From the human T2T-CHM13v2.0 reference genome, Homo sapiens: 64,000 nt of DNA. The stretch lies in the NCBI RefSeq assembly GCF_009914755.1, contig NC_060934.1, one strand, 5' to 3'. Of the stretch, positions 34,384 through 56,871 are shown one piece after another. Every line of letters starts with the position of its first letter. Position 1 is the first letter of the stretch. The translations under genes were made by a program, and so were the position numbers. The notes below the pieces were generated by a model. The model did no database searches. It had not been told where the DNA came from and saw only the letters and a list, made by a program, of their open reading frames with translations.

Positions 34384-35370
34384 AAATCAAGCTTTTTTTA
34401 AGGTCAATTTCAAACAATATCAACACTTACAGTGTTAACAGGAAGAGATCACTTCTAATATGGATAAAGGAAGGTAGCATGGAAGAAATAATTTAGACTG
34501 GGAGAAGAGAAAGCAGATTCCAGGCAGAAAAACAGTGTGAACAAAAAGCTAAGATGAAATGTTCCAAGGGTAATCACAGCACTGGCTGGAATGTGGGACA
34601 CATAAAGAGGAGTAGGGAAGAGCATGGAAAACTGGGCCGTGTCTAGAGAGCTAAAGATTTTAAACACCAAGCTATGTAAATAGTTTGCCTCTTAAGGTCA
34701 TTTTAAACAGGAAGATTCAAGAAGGCACTTAATCGAATTATCAGGCAGCAATTATGTAAGACGGGTAGAAGACAGTATGCATTTGTGTGTATGTACCCCT
34801 TAATTATCTTCCCTTTAGCATTTACAGTTTCAAGATTTTATAACATAACTTCTCCAGCAGGCCTCAGCAAGGCTGAGGCACAAGAATCACTTGAATCTGG
34901 GAGGCATTTATAAAATCATTTATAATACAAACAATATAGTATGTCAAATTTAAAATAATGCACCTAAGACTGCTTATATGCTTTTCATTAAAAACACATT
35001 TAGAATCTTTGAAACATCACGAAGCAGTTTTAGTATCTCTAATACAAGTCTAAACATAAGTTCAGATTTGAAAGTCATCTCTGAGACTGTGATCCAATCA
35101 AAAGTTGTATCTGAACAAGTTGTATCTGAAAAAGGTCATTCTAGACTTGGTCAACTAGGGGAGAAGCTCCAGCTATCTCACAACTGCTGTAAACAACCTT
35201 GCCAACTGATACAAAGAAAACAGAACTCTCAAAAAATGCTAAAGGCCCTAGCTTCCCAAATCATCTGCTCTCGTGACTCCGGTAGACTTTAAAAAAAAGT
35301 CAAGACAAATTTTATGACTAATAAACAAATAGACGGGACTTTGGTAACACATGGTAATTATATTTACTCA

Positions 35371-35643
<273 letters not shown>

Positions 35644-35879
35644 TCAAAAAATAAAAATAAGAAAAATGTTCAAATCCCCAAATTATAAACCAAGGGTAAA
35701 ATTAAACTTAAACCAAGAAACACATCTAAATATCCTACTATATCTGAATGTATTCAGAACATCATTAGGTAATCAAAAGCATTATGAATTTGCAATATAA
35801 AATTTAATATGAATGGCTGAATATCAAATACATTCATTCCCATTAAAACATCCTCTTAAAATTGATAAGTAAAATGTAA

Positions 35880-38790
<2,911 letters not shown>

Positions 38791-39423
38791 AAAAAATGAA
38801 ATAAAGAAATTTTCCCTGTTGTGAAACCAGGAAAAGTCATCAGTACAAAAGAACTTTTCCCACCCCACTTTTTTAAGCAAACAAATCACTAGGATAATAC
38901 AATGCACATAGGCTGAACAAAAGCCATCCGGTCTTAAGCTCTTCCAACCACTTTTGGACCTAAGTAAAGGGGACATTTGTCTAGTACACAAAGTTGACTA
39001 TATATCTGGAGGCAATTCAAAGGTCAACTTCAAGTTGGTATTTTATTTTCTAAGTATTCTTAGAAGGCTTGTACTATAAATAGGCATCTTTCTTTCTTAT
39101 TTTACTTTTTTCTTTTTTTGCCATCAGAAATTTCTCCTAAAAAATAGGCATCTTTCACACTACACACTACCAGGCTGCACAAGTAAGAATAATGAAATAC
39201 ATTTCTTCTCAGAGGTTAGATATGTGAACATTTTAACACAATATCCTAACACTGTTTAGGAACACCAAATTATCAACAGGTATAATGTAAGAGAAAAGAT
39301 TACTTACTTTTCAATCCAAGTGATAAATTTTTAAAAAATTATTATTCAAGCATGTTTAAGATTACAAAGCCACTGTTTCTGTGTGAGAAACACTAAGCTA
39401 ATATATCAGAATATTCATATTTA

Positions 39424-39744
<321 letters not shown>

Positions 39745-40181
39745 TCACTGCTGGAAAGCAAAACAAAATAAGAAAAAAACAACCCACAAAATAAAAACTC
39801 TTCAAGAAATCACAGCCAAAAGCAAACTTAAAAGATCCCCAGTTGCCTTCTGTTTCTCCAGAATATAGAGAAATACAAAGCACTAACTTGAACGATCACT
39901 GGTTTTTGTAATTAACTTATGAACTACAGTATAAAATGAATCATAAATACTATGCATAGAACCATTCACCTTATAAATTCAGTGAACATATACTTGCCCC
40001 TTCCCAGTTGACCATTATATTTTAATCTATGCTATAAACCCACAGTAGTATGGAAGTACAGGCACAAGAGCTCATCAGTAGAAGAAAGAAGACTAGATGG
40101 TGTAAACAGGCTTGTACATAGGAATTTAATATTTAAGGCCACAAATTACTAGGGGAAAATTCCTATTCAACAAATGAGTTA

Positions 40182-40901
<720 letters not shown>

Positions 40902-42094
40902 CTAAAATGTAAAAGGTGCATCAGTAAAGTACCAGAAGACAATGAGTGAATGCTTTTACGATCTTAGAATAGCGAAAGATTCTGTAACCATGACATAAAA
41001 TTAGAGAAGACACAAAAGAATATGATTGCATAAAAAATTAAAACCACCTTAAGGCAAAGCATCCATTCACTACTAAAGAACAAAGCAAATAACACACATC
41101 ATACAAACGGGTAATTTACGACAGTTTTAGGCAAACGAAAGGGAGAAACCCATCAAATTCTAAAAATGGGCAAAAAAGACAAAAAAATTCACAGAAAAAA
41201 TAAAAATGGCTAAAAACCATGATAAAAGTTGTGCATGTTTTCTAGAAACTAAACAGAAATTAAAACAGAAATGAGATTTTTTATTTTTCAGCCTGGTAAA
41301 GACAAACAGGTTAGTGACCAGAACTAACGCGTATGAGAAAACATGTATACACTGTTGATGGGAGTGTAAACAAGGGACATACTTCTTGTAGAACTTGTCC
41401 GTATCTACTGAAACTTGTATACGTTGGCTAACTATTAAAATGGTTAGAAATTACGTCAAAGGAATATTTGCATAAATGAGCCAATTTATAAAGATGTTCA
41501 CTCACTGCAGTACTATCCATGTGGTATACACCTTTTGGGAGCTGTATCTAGTTTAATAAGGTTCCCTATCAACTATTCCCTCTTCTAGAATTCATTCCTC
41601 CTAAAAGGATGAAGGCTCCAACAATGTTTATCATGGACATCTACCCCCTTCCTTTCAGCTGAATGGACTGGGCAAAGACAGCTGATCTAAGCACTGTAGG
41701 AGTGTACCCCACATTCATTTGGAGATCTCTACTGGGAACTGGTTACTGGGAACAGGAACTAAGTAAGGTTCAGAGGCAACCATGTGGCTAAAATATCTAA
41801 CTCAGAAGCTTTGGGGCAGCCATATTTACACAAGCATGAAAAAGAAAAGAAAATCAGTGCGGGTAGGGAGGAAGGAGTTAAGGACAGAGAGAGAGAGCAA
41901 TAAATGAAGGAAAAACATGTAGACAGAAACAGAACACATCCTAGGTTGTTTTGTTGTTGTTTTTGAAACAGGGTATCATAGGCTGCCTGTGGTGGCTGTA
42001 ATCCCAACACTTTGGGAGTCTGAGGCAGGCAGATCACTTGAGGTCAGGAGTTTGAGACCAGCCTGGCCAACATGGTGAAACCCCATCTCTACTA

Positions 42095-42582
<488 letters not shown>

Positions 42583-42736
42583 TAGTCCTTTCCTAAGACT
42601 CATCCATATTCCTGGCCCTGGGTTCTATGATGCCTCCTCTACTTCTTTAATTGTTTAAGCTAACTCGTGTTATTTCTCTAATGTATAATCAAAGAATATT
42701 AACTAATATATAGTTGGCAATAAAGAGGGGAAAAGT

Positions 42737-42776
42737 TACCTAGTGGTCCAGTGCCTAGGATTTGGCACTTTCACTG
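42737..42776 (+). pseudogene. tRNA-Glu(TTC) 5'-half retro-insertion (tailless)
   Basis: TACCTAGTGGTCCAGTGCCTAGGATTTGGCACTTTCACTG vs recalled tRNA-Glu TCCCTGGTGGTCTAGTGGCTAGGATTCGGCGCTTTCACCG (33/40, three CpG transitions); flanked by AAAGAGGG(G)AAAA duplication. Confidence 0.8.
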
Positions 42777-43649
42777 AAAGAGGGAAAAAAAAAAGATACC
42801 ACCCTCATTATCCAACAAAAAGAGGACTGGTTAAATAAATTATGGTACATCCATTCAATGGAGTATTTTGCAGCCACTGAGGGCGATACAGTAGATTGAA
42901 CTGCCAAGACACTACTAATGGGGGAAAAAAAATGAAGTTAAAGTTATTATCGGTAAAGATTATGTTCTGGGTTTTTTCTTTTAAAAAAAAAAAGCTTTTC
43001 TATACGCACAGGAAAAAAAATCCAGAATATATTAAATTATTCACCGGGTTATCTCTGGAGGCAGTGTGACCAACAGAGATACTTATGTATTTCTATGTCT
43101 ATCATTTTATAATCAGAAAAAAATAGATTAAATAAATCACTGTATACAATCCCTACAAATAAACATGTGGCATTTTCTCTACTGATCTGTCATTTAGATA
43201 TTTTTATATTAAAAGGACTAAAAATAAACTTCCTTTAAAAAATTAAAATTTCAAGATTCTTCCTTAGCCATTTTGTTATAATTTACCTTCATAACCTAGT
43301 TCCCTGTCCATTCTCTTTTAAAATACAAACACACACAATTTATGTTAGGAATAGGAATCCAAACAAAAGCAAAGACAGATTGGGGGTCTATCTCAGGATG
43401 GCAAAAAGAGGTCAAGTGAGAAAGCAGTACTAGAGTACATCAGGGAGGAGTCATGGTGGACTCAATCTCAGAAGCAACAGAAGGATTAGAATCACTCAGA
43501 AGAAAGGTGACAGAGATTTTTTAAATTAAGTACTATAAATGAGAGAATAAAATCCTTGAGGTAACAGAAGTGAAAATGACAAGAAAAAATAGCTCTGATT
43601 AATGGAACTGGGCGCAGGAAAGTGGTGAACTGTGAACCATGAGCAGGAG

Positions 43650-44056
43650 TGTGGTAGTTATTGAAGCTGCTCACCATATGTTCTGTATCACCTTTCTGGC
43701 ATTTGGAAGATCTCATGTTCTTGCCCCTCTAAGGTTAAGCAAACTCATGTGATTTGCTTTGGCCAGTGAAATGTGAGCAGAGGTTTTAAGTGTCACTTCC
43801 AGGCAGAAACTTCAAGAGCCGATGCTCAATTCTTCACTTTGCCTTTCCACTATTCAGTGATGGTAGCGCAGGTGGAGATGAAACACTGGTCAGCCTGGGT
43901 GCTTGAGCTACTACAATGTCTAGAGTGCCCATGCTGACCTGCTGTGACATATAACCTCAGCAACAGATAAATAGGTGATGTGTTAAGCCACTGAGATCTT
44001 TGAGATATGGGAGTTGTTTGTTACCAAAGCATCAACTAGCCTAACCTGACTGACCA
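43650..44056 (+). mobile_element. MLT1-type MaLR LTR
   Basis: tgtgatttgctttggccagtgaaatgtgagcagag...ttaagccactgagat...ttgtttgttaccaaagcatcaactagcctaacctgact. Confidence 0.6.
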
Positions 44057-44706
44057 AAAATGCAAGCCACGAAGAATCACAATGGACTCAGTACAGAAAT
44101 AAAACACTGCCTTTAGGGAAAATTTAGATGAAAATTATACTTATTATGAGCAAAGGAAAGATATTCTCAAAAATGACTGTCCTCTATTAAATAAATAAAA
44201 ACTAGAAAAACTGTTCACAGACAGTTAGATCCATAAATACTTCCTATTAATGTGTGCTATTCCTATAGCACTATCTGTTTATTAGCAAATCATCTAATAA
44301 AGAAAAAACAGAAGTTAAGCACACTGTCCACAGCAATCATTCAGATAACAGAAAGCAGTACTCAAGACTTAGGCACTAATTCTTACTTTTATTACCTAAG
44401 TCCTCTAAGATACAGAACCCTGTAAGAAAAAGCAAAACTGAAGGAAAGACCAAAGGCAGATTTTAGTTTAGGATTTTGTGCTAACATGATCTTTGTGATA
44501 AGTCAGGTGACATATTTCACATGTAACCAACTTTTACACACACTAAAAAATTTATGAACATTAAAATCTACATTTCAGTTAGTAAATAACTTTCCTTCTT
44601 TTTTAGTCTTGCTCTGTCGCCCAGGCTGGAGTGTAGTGGCGCAATCTCGGCTCACTACAACCTCCGCCTCCTGGGTTCAAGCGATTCTCCTGCCTCAGCC
44701 TCCTGA

Positions 44707-44874
<168 letters not shown>

Positions 44875-45946
44875 TAGCCGTAAGTAACTTTTATTCATTC
44901 ATTAGCAAATAATTTTAGTCCCTATCGTGCATGGGATATCATACATAGTGCCATAAGACATGCAAAAAAGTCTAACACACTCTTCCTAACTCCTCTCAGA
45001 TTGAGTTGAGGAATAAAACACACACACAAAGAATTATAAAGCAAGGTGTAGTGTGAAAAGATATCAAAGAAACAAAAGGTAAGAGAAGAGCTCATGAATG
45101 CAGAAAGTAGTCAAAGAAGGTTTTATGAATCTGATGAATGTAAGAGTACTTGTATTTTTTATTGTATTTTATTTTTAATATTTTTACTAGCAAAGCTATT
45201 ATAATCTTGAACAAAAACATATTTCCAAAAAATCCTTAAATAAGCACATGTATGTTTATAACAACACTTTCCTAATTTAAACTGACACAGGAAATGCCAA
45301 GTTCTGGTTATTTCTGTGTATGTATGACAGAGTCTTGCTATTTCGCCCAGGCTGGAGTGAGGTGGCGTGATCTCGGCTCACTGCAACCTCTGCCTCACCA
45401 GGTTCAAGCAATTCTCCTGCCTCAGCCTTCTGAGTAGCTGGGATTATAGGCTCCCACCACCACGCCCAGCTAATTTTTGTATTTTTAGTAGAGACGGGGT
45501 TTCACTACATTGGCCAGGCTGGTCTCGAACTCCTGACCTCAAGTGATCCACCCGACTTGGCCTCCCAAAGTGGTAGGATTACAGGCTTGAGCCACTGTGC
45601 CCGGCCCAAAATGCCTAATTGTTTAGTAAGACTGGAGCACTGTCTTTAAAACATCTTTTTCTAAATACCTCTATACCTCAGAAATCTAAGAGTAAGACTC
45701 AACTAAAAGTTTCTAGGCCAGGTGCAGTGGCTCACACCTATAATCTCAGCACTTTGGGAGGCTGAGGCAGGAGGATCGTTAGCCCAGGTGTTCGAGACTA
45801 TCCTGGGTACCGTGGTGAAACAACGAGTCAATAAGAAAACAAAAATTAAAATGGCCGGGCGCAGTGGCTCATGCCTGTAATCCCAGCACTTTGGGAGGCA
45901 GAGGCAGGCAGATCACGAGGTCAGGAGATCGAGACCATCCTGGCTA

Positions 45947-46154
<208 letters not shown>

Positions 46155-46254
46155 TTAAAAATAAATTTAAAAAAAAGAAGAAAGTTTCTAACTCCTGCCT
46201 GTTTCCACCAAAGAAAAAATTTTGCCTCCCACTTACATAAGAGTAAAATTATAT

Positions 46255-46505
46255 TGCTGTTGATGGTGGTCAACATTTCAACACTTACTCTGTGCCATAA
46301 GCACTGTTCTAAATGTTTCACACATATTAACTCAATAAATCCTCTCAAACATTGTATGAGATATGTGCTATAACACCATTCCAATTTTATAGTTAGGACA
46401 ATTGAGGCAGAGAGAAGGTAAATAACTTACCTAGGATCACATTACTAGTAAGTAGAATTAAAATTCTGCAGCTTGATGCCAGAGCCCAGGCTTTTTAAAC
46501 CATTA
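46255..46505 (-). mobile_element. MIR SINE
   Basis: cattccaattttatagttaggacaattgaggcagagagaaggtaaataacttacctaggatcac core. Confidence 0.6.
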
Positions 46506-46808
46506 CAACACACTGTTATGCTCCTTGATTATTCAGTTACAATCCTTTATTTAAGACAGCCTAATGTAATTTAAGTGCCACTGCCAGGAACTTAATATAT
46601 TTTCAAGTACATGTTAGTCTTAATAAAACTGATCCAGGCCGGATGCGGTGGCTTACGCTTGTAATCCCTATAATCGTAGCACTTGGGGAGGCCGAGGTGG
46701 GTGGATCACCTGAACTCAGGAGTTCGAGACCACCCTGGGCAACATGATGAAACACTATCTCTAAAATAATTAGCCGGAAGCAGCAGTGTAAGCCTGAAGT
46801 CTCAATCA

Positions 46809-46907
<99 letters not shown>

Positions 46908-49782
46908 TCATCTCAAAATAGTAATAATAATAATTATTATTATAATAAAACTGACCCATTTAATTTTTATCTGTTTCCTATGCCTGGCTAGCTTCAATTC
47001 AATAAGCATATGGTGAGCAAATTAAGTACACAGTACTGTGGAATAAGTATATGAACAGACATGATTCCTATCTGCCCAAGTTTATTATATAGTGGGAGAT
47101 ACATACATCAGCTACTCACTAAACATGACAGAAGAAATTTGGAGACAGATAGAAATACCTGCAAGATACTACAAAAAAGGAGTGGTTAATTTTGGCTGGA
47201 GTGGAGAAAAAAATCAAGAGCGGTTTCAAGAAGGTAGAATTAGAACTAGACCTTGAAAGCTGCATTAGGAATGAGTCGAGGAATGGAGGGAAAGTGCACT
47301 CCTGAGTGAAGGCACAGAACAACTGTTTGATCATTATGATATTTACAAGTGCCTTCTATTACTGGAAATGGTAATTAAACAATGTGGTTGGGGCCGGGCA
47401 TGGTGGCTCAAGCCTGTAATCCCAGCACTTCGGGAGGCCAAGGTGTGTGGATCACCTGAGGTCAGGAGTTCCAGACCAGCCTGGCCAAAATGGCGAAATC
47501 CCATCTCTATTAAAAACACAAAAATTAGCCGGGCGTGGTGGGGCGTGCCTGAAGTCCCAGCTACACAGGAGGCTGAGGCAGGAGAATCACTTGAACCCAG
47601 GAGGCAGAGGCTGCAGCGGGCCAAGATCATGCCACTGCACTCCAGCCTGGGTGACCGAGTGAAGCTCCGTCTTAAAAAAAGAAAAATAAAAACAATGTAG
47701 TTGGAAAATTGGGTATGTAACAATATATAATGGGAAATGATGACTAAAATTAATTAAGACACAGAGGATTTCAATACTATGCTAAAGAAAAGAAGCATTC
47801 TAACTTTGTGGGAAAATTCAAACTGTGAGTGAAGGTAACTCCAACAAAGACTGAAGGTTAAAATATCAAGGCATGACACAAGGAATAAGAAGTGGAAACA
47901 GAATGTAGTTACAATAATCTAAGTGAGAGTTTATAAGGGACTGTGAAACTATGAATACAAAAGATAACAACTTAGAAGCAGAATTAAAAGAATGGTTAGC
48001 AAAGCTAAAATGCCACTAATTAACATGTGAAACATATAGAACTTTTGTAAGAACTTAGAAAGAACATTTGTGGGAAGATGAATATAAGTTGTCTCAAAAT
48101 ATTGTTTGAAATATCAACTGGACATCCACATAAAGTCTGATGTTCACTACTAGTTTGAAAGATGTAAGGAAAGATACAGCCATAGAAACTAAACATTTTA
48201 TAAAAACACATAGCCTTGGCCGCGTGTGGTGACTCACGCCTGTAATCCCAGCACTTTTGGGAGGCTGAGGTGGATGGATCACCTGAGGTCAGGAGTTCAA
48301 GACCAGCCTGACCAATACGTGAAACCCTGTCTCTACTAAAACAAAAAAATTAGCCGGGCATGGTGGCCCCTGCCTGCAGTCCCAGCTACTTGGGAGGCTG
48401 AGACAGGAGAATTGTTTGAACTTGGAAGGCGGAAGTTGCTGTGAGCCTAGATCACGTCACCGTACTTCAGCCTAGGCAACAGAGCAAGAGACTCTATCTC
48501 CAACAAAAAAATAAAAATAAAAATAAATAGCCTTTTCAACACTGTAATTAAATTAAGACATCATTTATATTGTTTGGGAGGATGGAAGAGACACTGGTTA
48601 ATTTTACCATTAGACATCGTGTTAAAGAGAACATAAATGGAAGAAATAATATCCAAACTTGAAAGAGAAAAAAAGGGTAAGGAGGAAAGTGCAGGAATAA
48701 AGCAGGAGTAATCCAATAAAAGGAAGAAAGAAAGTGAAAAGCTGCTGGGAAGTGGCCCATGCCTGTAATCCCAGCACTTTAGGAGGCCGAGGGGTGTGGA
48801 TCACCTGAGGTCAGGAGTTCAAAATCAGCCTGACCAAGGAGGTAAAACCCCGTCTCTACTAAAATACAAAAATCAGCTGGGCATGGTAGCAGGCGCCTGT
48901 AATCCCAGCTACTCAGGAGGCTGAGGCAGGAGAAATCACTTGAACCCGGGAGGTGGAGGTTGCAGTGAGCCGAGATTGCACCATTGCACTCCAGGCTGGG
49001 CGACAGAGTGAGACTCAGCCTCAAAAAAAATAAATAAATAAAAGAAAGTGAAAAGCAAAAGCACAGAAAATAGGAAATAAAAAATAAAACAGGAGAAATT
49101 AGTCCAAGAATTATCAGCAGTAACAATAAACATATTGAACTCAAAGACTGATAGACTGGAGTAAAAGCATACTGCTATTTATAAGAGATACACCCAAACT
49201 AAAATAACATATATAAAGGCTGAAAATAAAGAAACAGAAGACATGTGAGACAACTACCAAGCGGCCATATTAACAAATAAAATAGAACTTAAGAAAAAAG
49301 TATTTATAGAGATGAATAAAGCATGTATGAGGGATATAATAATAAAACAATCTAATAAGGAAATATGATGATCGTATACCTATATGTAGCTAATATAGCC
49401 TTTGGATAAAACAAAAATCAAAAGAATTTTAAAGAGAAATTAACAAAACCAAGAATCATGAGATGTAAAAACATCTCAGTAACTAGATCACAAGATTAAA
49501 AAGAAAAAATTAGTTAAGATACATAATTTGAATAACACAATAGGTAACTTTGACTTAACTGAAAAATTTCTGAACACTTGAAAACAATTAACTATTTGAT
49601 TGCATATCTACAGAATATTCACAAAAATGATCACATAGTAGAACAATACAAAGAAAGACTTCACCAAAGAATCAATAACAAATACACCTTATTCTTTAAC
49701 CACAATGTTTAATAAGTTTAGAAATCAACAGTTCTATTTTATTAAGTTCAAAGATTTTTCTTTTTATACTTTCTTAACTTTA

Positions 49783-50040
<258 letters not shown>

Positions 50041-50139
50041 CTAGCTAGCCGAAACAAAACCAACAAAATAGAGAAAAAGTACAGGTCGCATAAAAAGTTA
50101 CCATTTTACTTTCAAAGATTTGGTGGCGTTGAAGACCTA

Positions 50140-50499
<360 letters not shown>

Positions 50500-51278
50500 T
50501 CAATACTTTGGAAGGCCAAGGCGGATCATATGAGGCAAGGAGTTTGAGATCAGCCTAAGCAACACAGCAGGACCTCGTCTCTATTTCACTAAAGAAATAA
50601 ATTATATAATATTTTAAAATTTTTAAAAAGCTCTGAGGAATGCCACTAGCAAAATGAAAGTTGGCTAGAATTAAAACTTTGTAAGCGATGAGTATAAAGT
50701 ATTGTTTTAAGAAAATGAAAGTAGTAAAGTACTCCAGAAGAGGTTAAAACAACCACGTTAGACATTTTAAACTCAAAGGGATGAAAGACCAATGTTAAAG
50801 GGCAAGAAAAACTAGAAATACTCAAGTAATGAAGGCCCAAGACCTCTCAGTTTCTCAGAATAACAATCCTGTCTATCCACTAGAAGACTGGCATTAAAAT
50901 GATCACATACTGAAATTGTGTACTGGAGTATCTGAAGTGAAAAAAAATCGTAACTTCAAATGCTCTTATTTGAAACCAACATTGAAAATATCAACTGGCT
51001 GGGCACAGTGGCTCACACCTGTGAACTACTGGGAGGCCAAGGCGGGAGGATCGCTTGAGCTCAGGAGTGAGACCAGCCTGGGCAACGTGATGAAACCCTG
51101 ACTCTACCAAAAAAAAAAATACAAAAACTAGCTGGGCATGGTGGAATGCATCTGTAGTCTCAGCTACTCAGAAGGCTGAGGTGGGTCACTTGAGTCCAGG
51201 AGTATGCAGCTACAGTGAGCTGAGATTGCACCACTGCACTCCAGCCTGGGCAACAGAGCAAGACTCCACCTCAAAAAA

Positions 51279-51377
51279 TAACGTAACATAACATAACATA
51301 ACAACATAACATTAACATAACAACATAACATTAACATAACATAACATAACGTAACATAACTGAACTGAACTGAACTA
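51279..51377 (+). repeat. (AACAT)n/(AACTG)n pentanucleotide microsatellite in an Alu tail (intron 3)
   Basis: taacgtaacataacataacata...aactgaactgaactgaact after Alu 50997-51278. Confidence 0.9.
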
Positions 51378-51467
51378 AGCATTCAACTCAAAAATAATAA
51401 AAGAGGCCGGGCTCGGTGGCTCATGCCTGTAATCCCAGCACTTTGGGAGGCCAAGGCAGGCAGATCA

Positions 51468-51726
<259 letters not shown>

Positions 51727-51948
51727 TTAGAAGCAAAAATTTTCTTATTAGAAAATTAAACCTTGAAAATAATATTTTGATAAATAAAGCCATGAGTTGA
51801 TTCTTTGGAAAGACTAGCAAGGTCTGGCAAGTCTGAGTAAGAAACACCAAGACAGGCCAGGTGCAGTGGCTCACGCCTATAATCCCAGCACTTTGGGAGG
51901 CCAAGGCGGGCGGATCACAAGGTCAGGAGATCGAGACCATCCTGGCTA

Positions 51949-52537
<589 letters not shown>

Positions 52538-53227
52538 TTAAAATTGACAGAAAACCATGCACAATTTTATGTCATTATGCTGGAAAGAGAAAGAAAACCT
52601 AAACTGTTCAAAAGGCCGAAAACTTCAGAAGAATGTGGTTACCTGTAAGTACAAATGGGGCATGGCGGGGAAGGAGCAGACAAGGATTACTATCACTTTT
52701 CATTCAACATATCCTGTAGTTTGAATTTTTAAAAGCAATCCCATTTATTTATAGAGATATTAAAATTGTAATAAAAATATTAGCACGACAAATGTAATAA
52801 TGCATTTTTGTAAATACACCTTGACTAAGTAGGGTTTATTCTGTGAATGCAAGAATGACTTGACATGAGGAAATCTACAGTGAATCTACAATTCACTACG
52901 TTAAGACATTAGGAGGGGAAAGAAAAAGACATTAGGAACCATATACAATCTCAAGACCATATGCCAGTCATCAATACCATCTCAAATGTCAAAACTCAAC
53001 ATCTACTCAATGTGTTGAGCATGACGACATTCTTAGAAAGCTAGAAATAGAAAAAAACTTTCCTTCATCTCATTATGCATCCACCACCACGATTCATCTC
53101 CGTAACTCTTTTCACCTTGTAAAACTGAAGATCTATACCCATTAAACAATAATGTAGCTTGAATATTTTACAGGAATCTTTATTGTTCATAAAAAAATAC
53201 ATAGTTCTAAAAGTTGAAGTACACCTA

Positions 53228-53461
<234 letters not shown>

Positions 53462-53575
53462 CTATACCAAAAACATAAGAAAAAACAGAACACATTTCAC
53501 GATATATCTAACATACTAGCTCATATATTAAAACAATTATCATAATGCTACAAAATATCAAGTCTTTAAAATTTA

Positions 53576-54110
<535 letters not shown>

Positions 54111-54464
54111 CTACTCCAGAGGCAGAAGGATCACCCGAGCCTAGGAGTCGAGGCTGTAGTGCAATATGATCGTACCTGCCAACAGCCACTGCACTCCAGC
54201 ATAGGCCACATAGTTGGACCCCGTCTCTTAAAAAATAAAATTAAGCATTCAAATAATGAAATCAGTCATAAATGACTTATAATCCTAAAATACCGCTATA
54301 AGAATCCCATATCAAAAACAAAACTCATTAAAGAAATCTAGATAAAGAAGATGCAGTATATCAAAGAGAACCTACCTACCATATTGCAAAAAGCAACAGC
54401 AAAAAACAACTAATGGAGACCTCCACCCTTGAAAAGCATAAACGTTAAGTTAGATTGTTTTTCA

Positions 54465-54752
<288 letters not shown>

Positions 54753-54796
54753 CTAATCTATTTTTTCTCTTCCTTTATAAGGGTTAAACTATACTA

Positions 54797-55440
<644 letters not shown>

Positions 55441-56496
55441 CACTTTCAGTGTTCGTTTGACTACTCTCCCATGACTACTATTAAAACTGCCCACTTTCTC
55501 TGTTTTGATTTACTATGCTTGATGCAAAGTGCTGAAAACGGAGTTCCACAAAAAAAAAAAAAACCAGGAAACTAAAATCACTTATTTAATACTTGTACAA
55601 ATATGCACACACAAAATTGTGCAAATTGTAACATTCCAAAGCCTAAAAGAAATTATTACAAGCCTGAGTGTAATGAGACAATGAGTTTGGAAATTCGGTG
55701 TTTTGACATAAGCTATTAAGGCATTTTTCTTTCTCAAGGGTCTTGATCTGGCTCAAACAATTAACAGTGAGTTACCAACTATCATGCGCTCTGTATCAGG
55801 GAAATCAAAGAATTTAAAACCTCGTTACTGCCCATGAAGAGCTCCCTGATAATTTTACTAAGGAAAGAAAGAGGCTAGGAGTTTTACAATCACAGGGAAT
55901 CAAGACAAGAATTGTGACAGTGAAGAATTAAATATTAATAACCCACTAGCCACAATGGGAAGGTCAACAAATGAACTAAGTATAGAGAGAAAAAAATTAT
56001 TCAAGTTCTAAGAGAGTATTAAAGCACAAACCTGAATGTTAACAACTAATTTTTTTCCCCCAAGATTTTAACTTCCAGTTAAGTAGTTTAAGGTGTTTCT
56101 TTAAAAAGTCTGGAATGGTAGACTCTAGAGATCATAAACCACCAAGTCTGATATCAATACCCTTAACAAGGCCAGACGCGGTGGCTCACACCTGTAATCC
56201 CAGCACTTTGGGAGACGGAGGTGGGCGGATCACCTGAGGCCAGGAGTTTGAGACCAGCCTGCCCAAATTAGCCAGGCGTGGTGTCGTGTGTCTGCAGTCC
56301 CAGTTACTTGGGAGGCTGAGGTAGGAGAATCACTTCAACCCAGGAGGTTGCAGTGATCCGAGATTGCACCATTGCACTCCAGCCTGAGTGACAGAGGGAG
56401 ACTGTCTCAAAAAAAAAAAAAAAATCTTAAAATTCCAAAGAAATTAAATAGAACAGAAAATGTAAATGATGTATAGAAATCAGCAGAAGCTTTTAG

Positions 56497-56871
<375 letters not shown>

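Noticed and set aside
35102-35130. Tandem AAGTTGTATCTGAA duplication and the 104-aa plus-strand ORF over it
   Set aside because: Ordinary slippage duplication; the ORF has no recognisable homology and is antisense intronic
52630-52675. Recursive-splice-like TTACAG|GTAACC in intron 3
   Set aside because: Intron is only 3.2 kb and the motif lies in degenerate L1-like sequence; chance is likely
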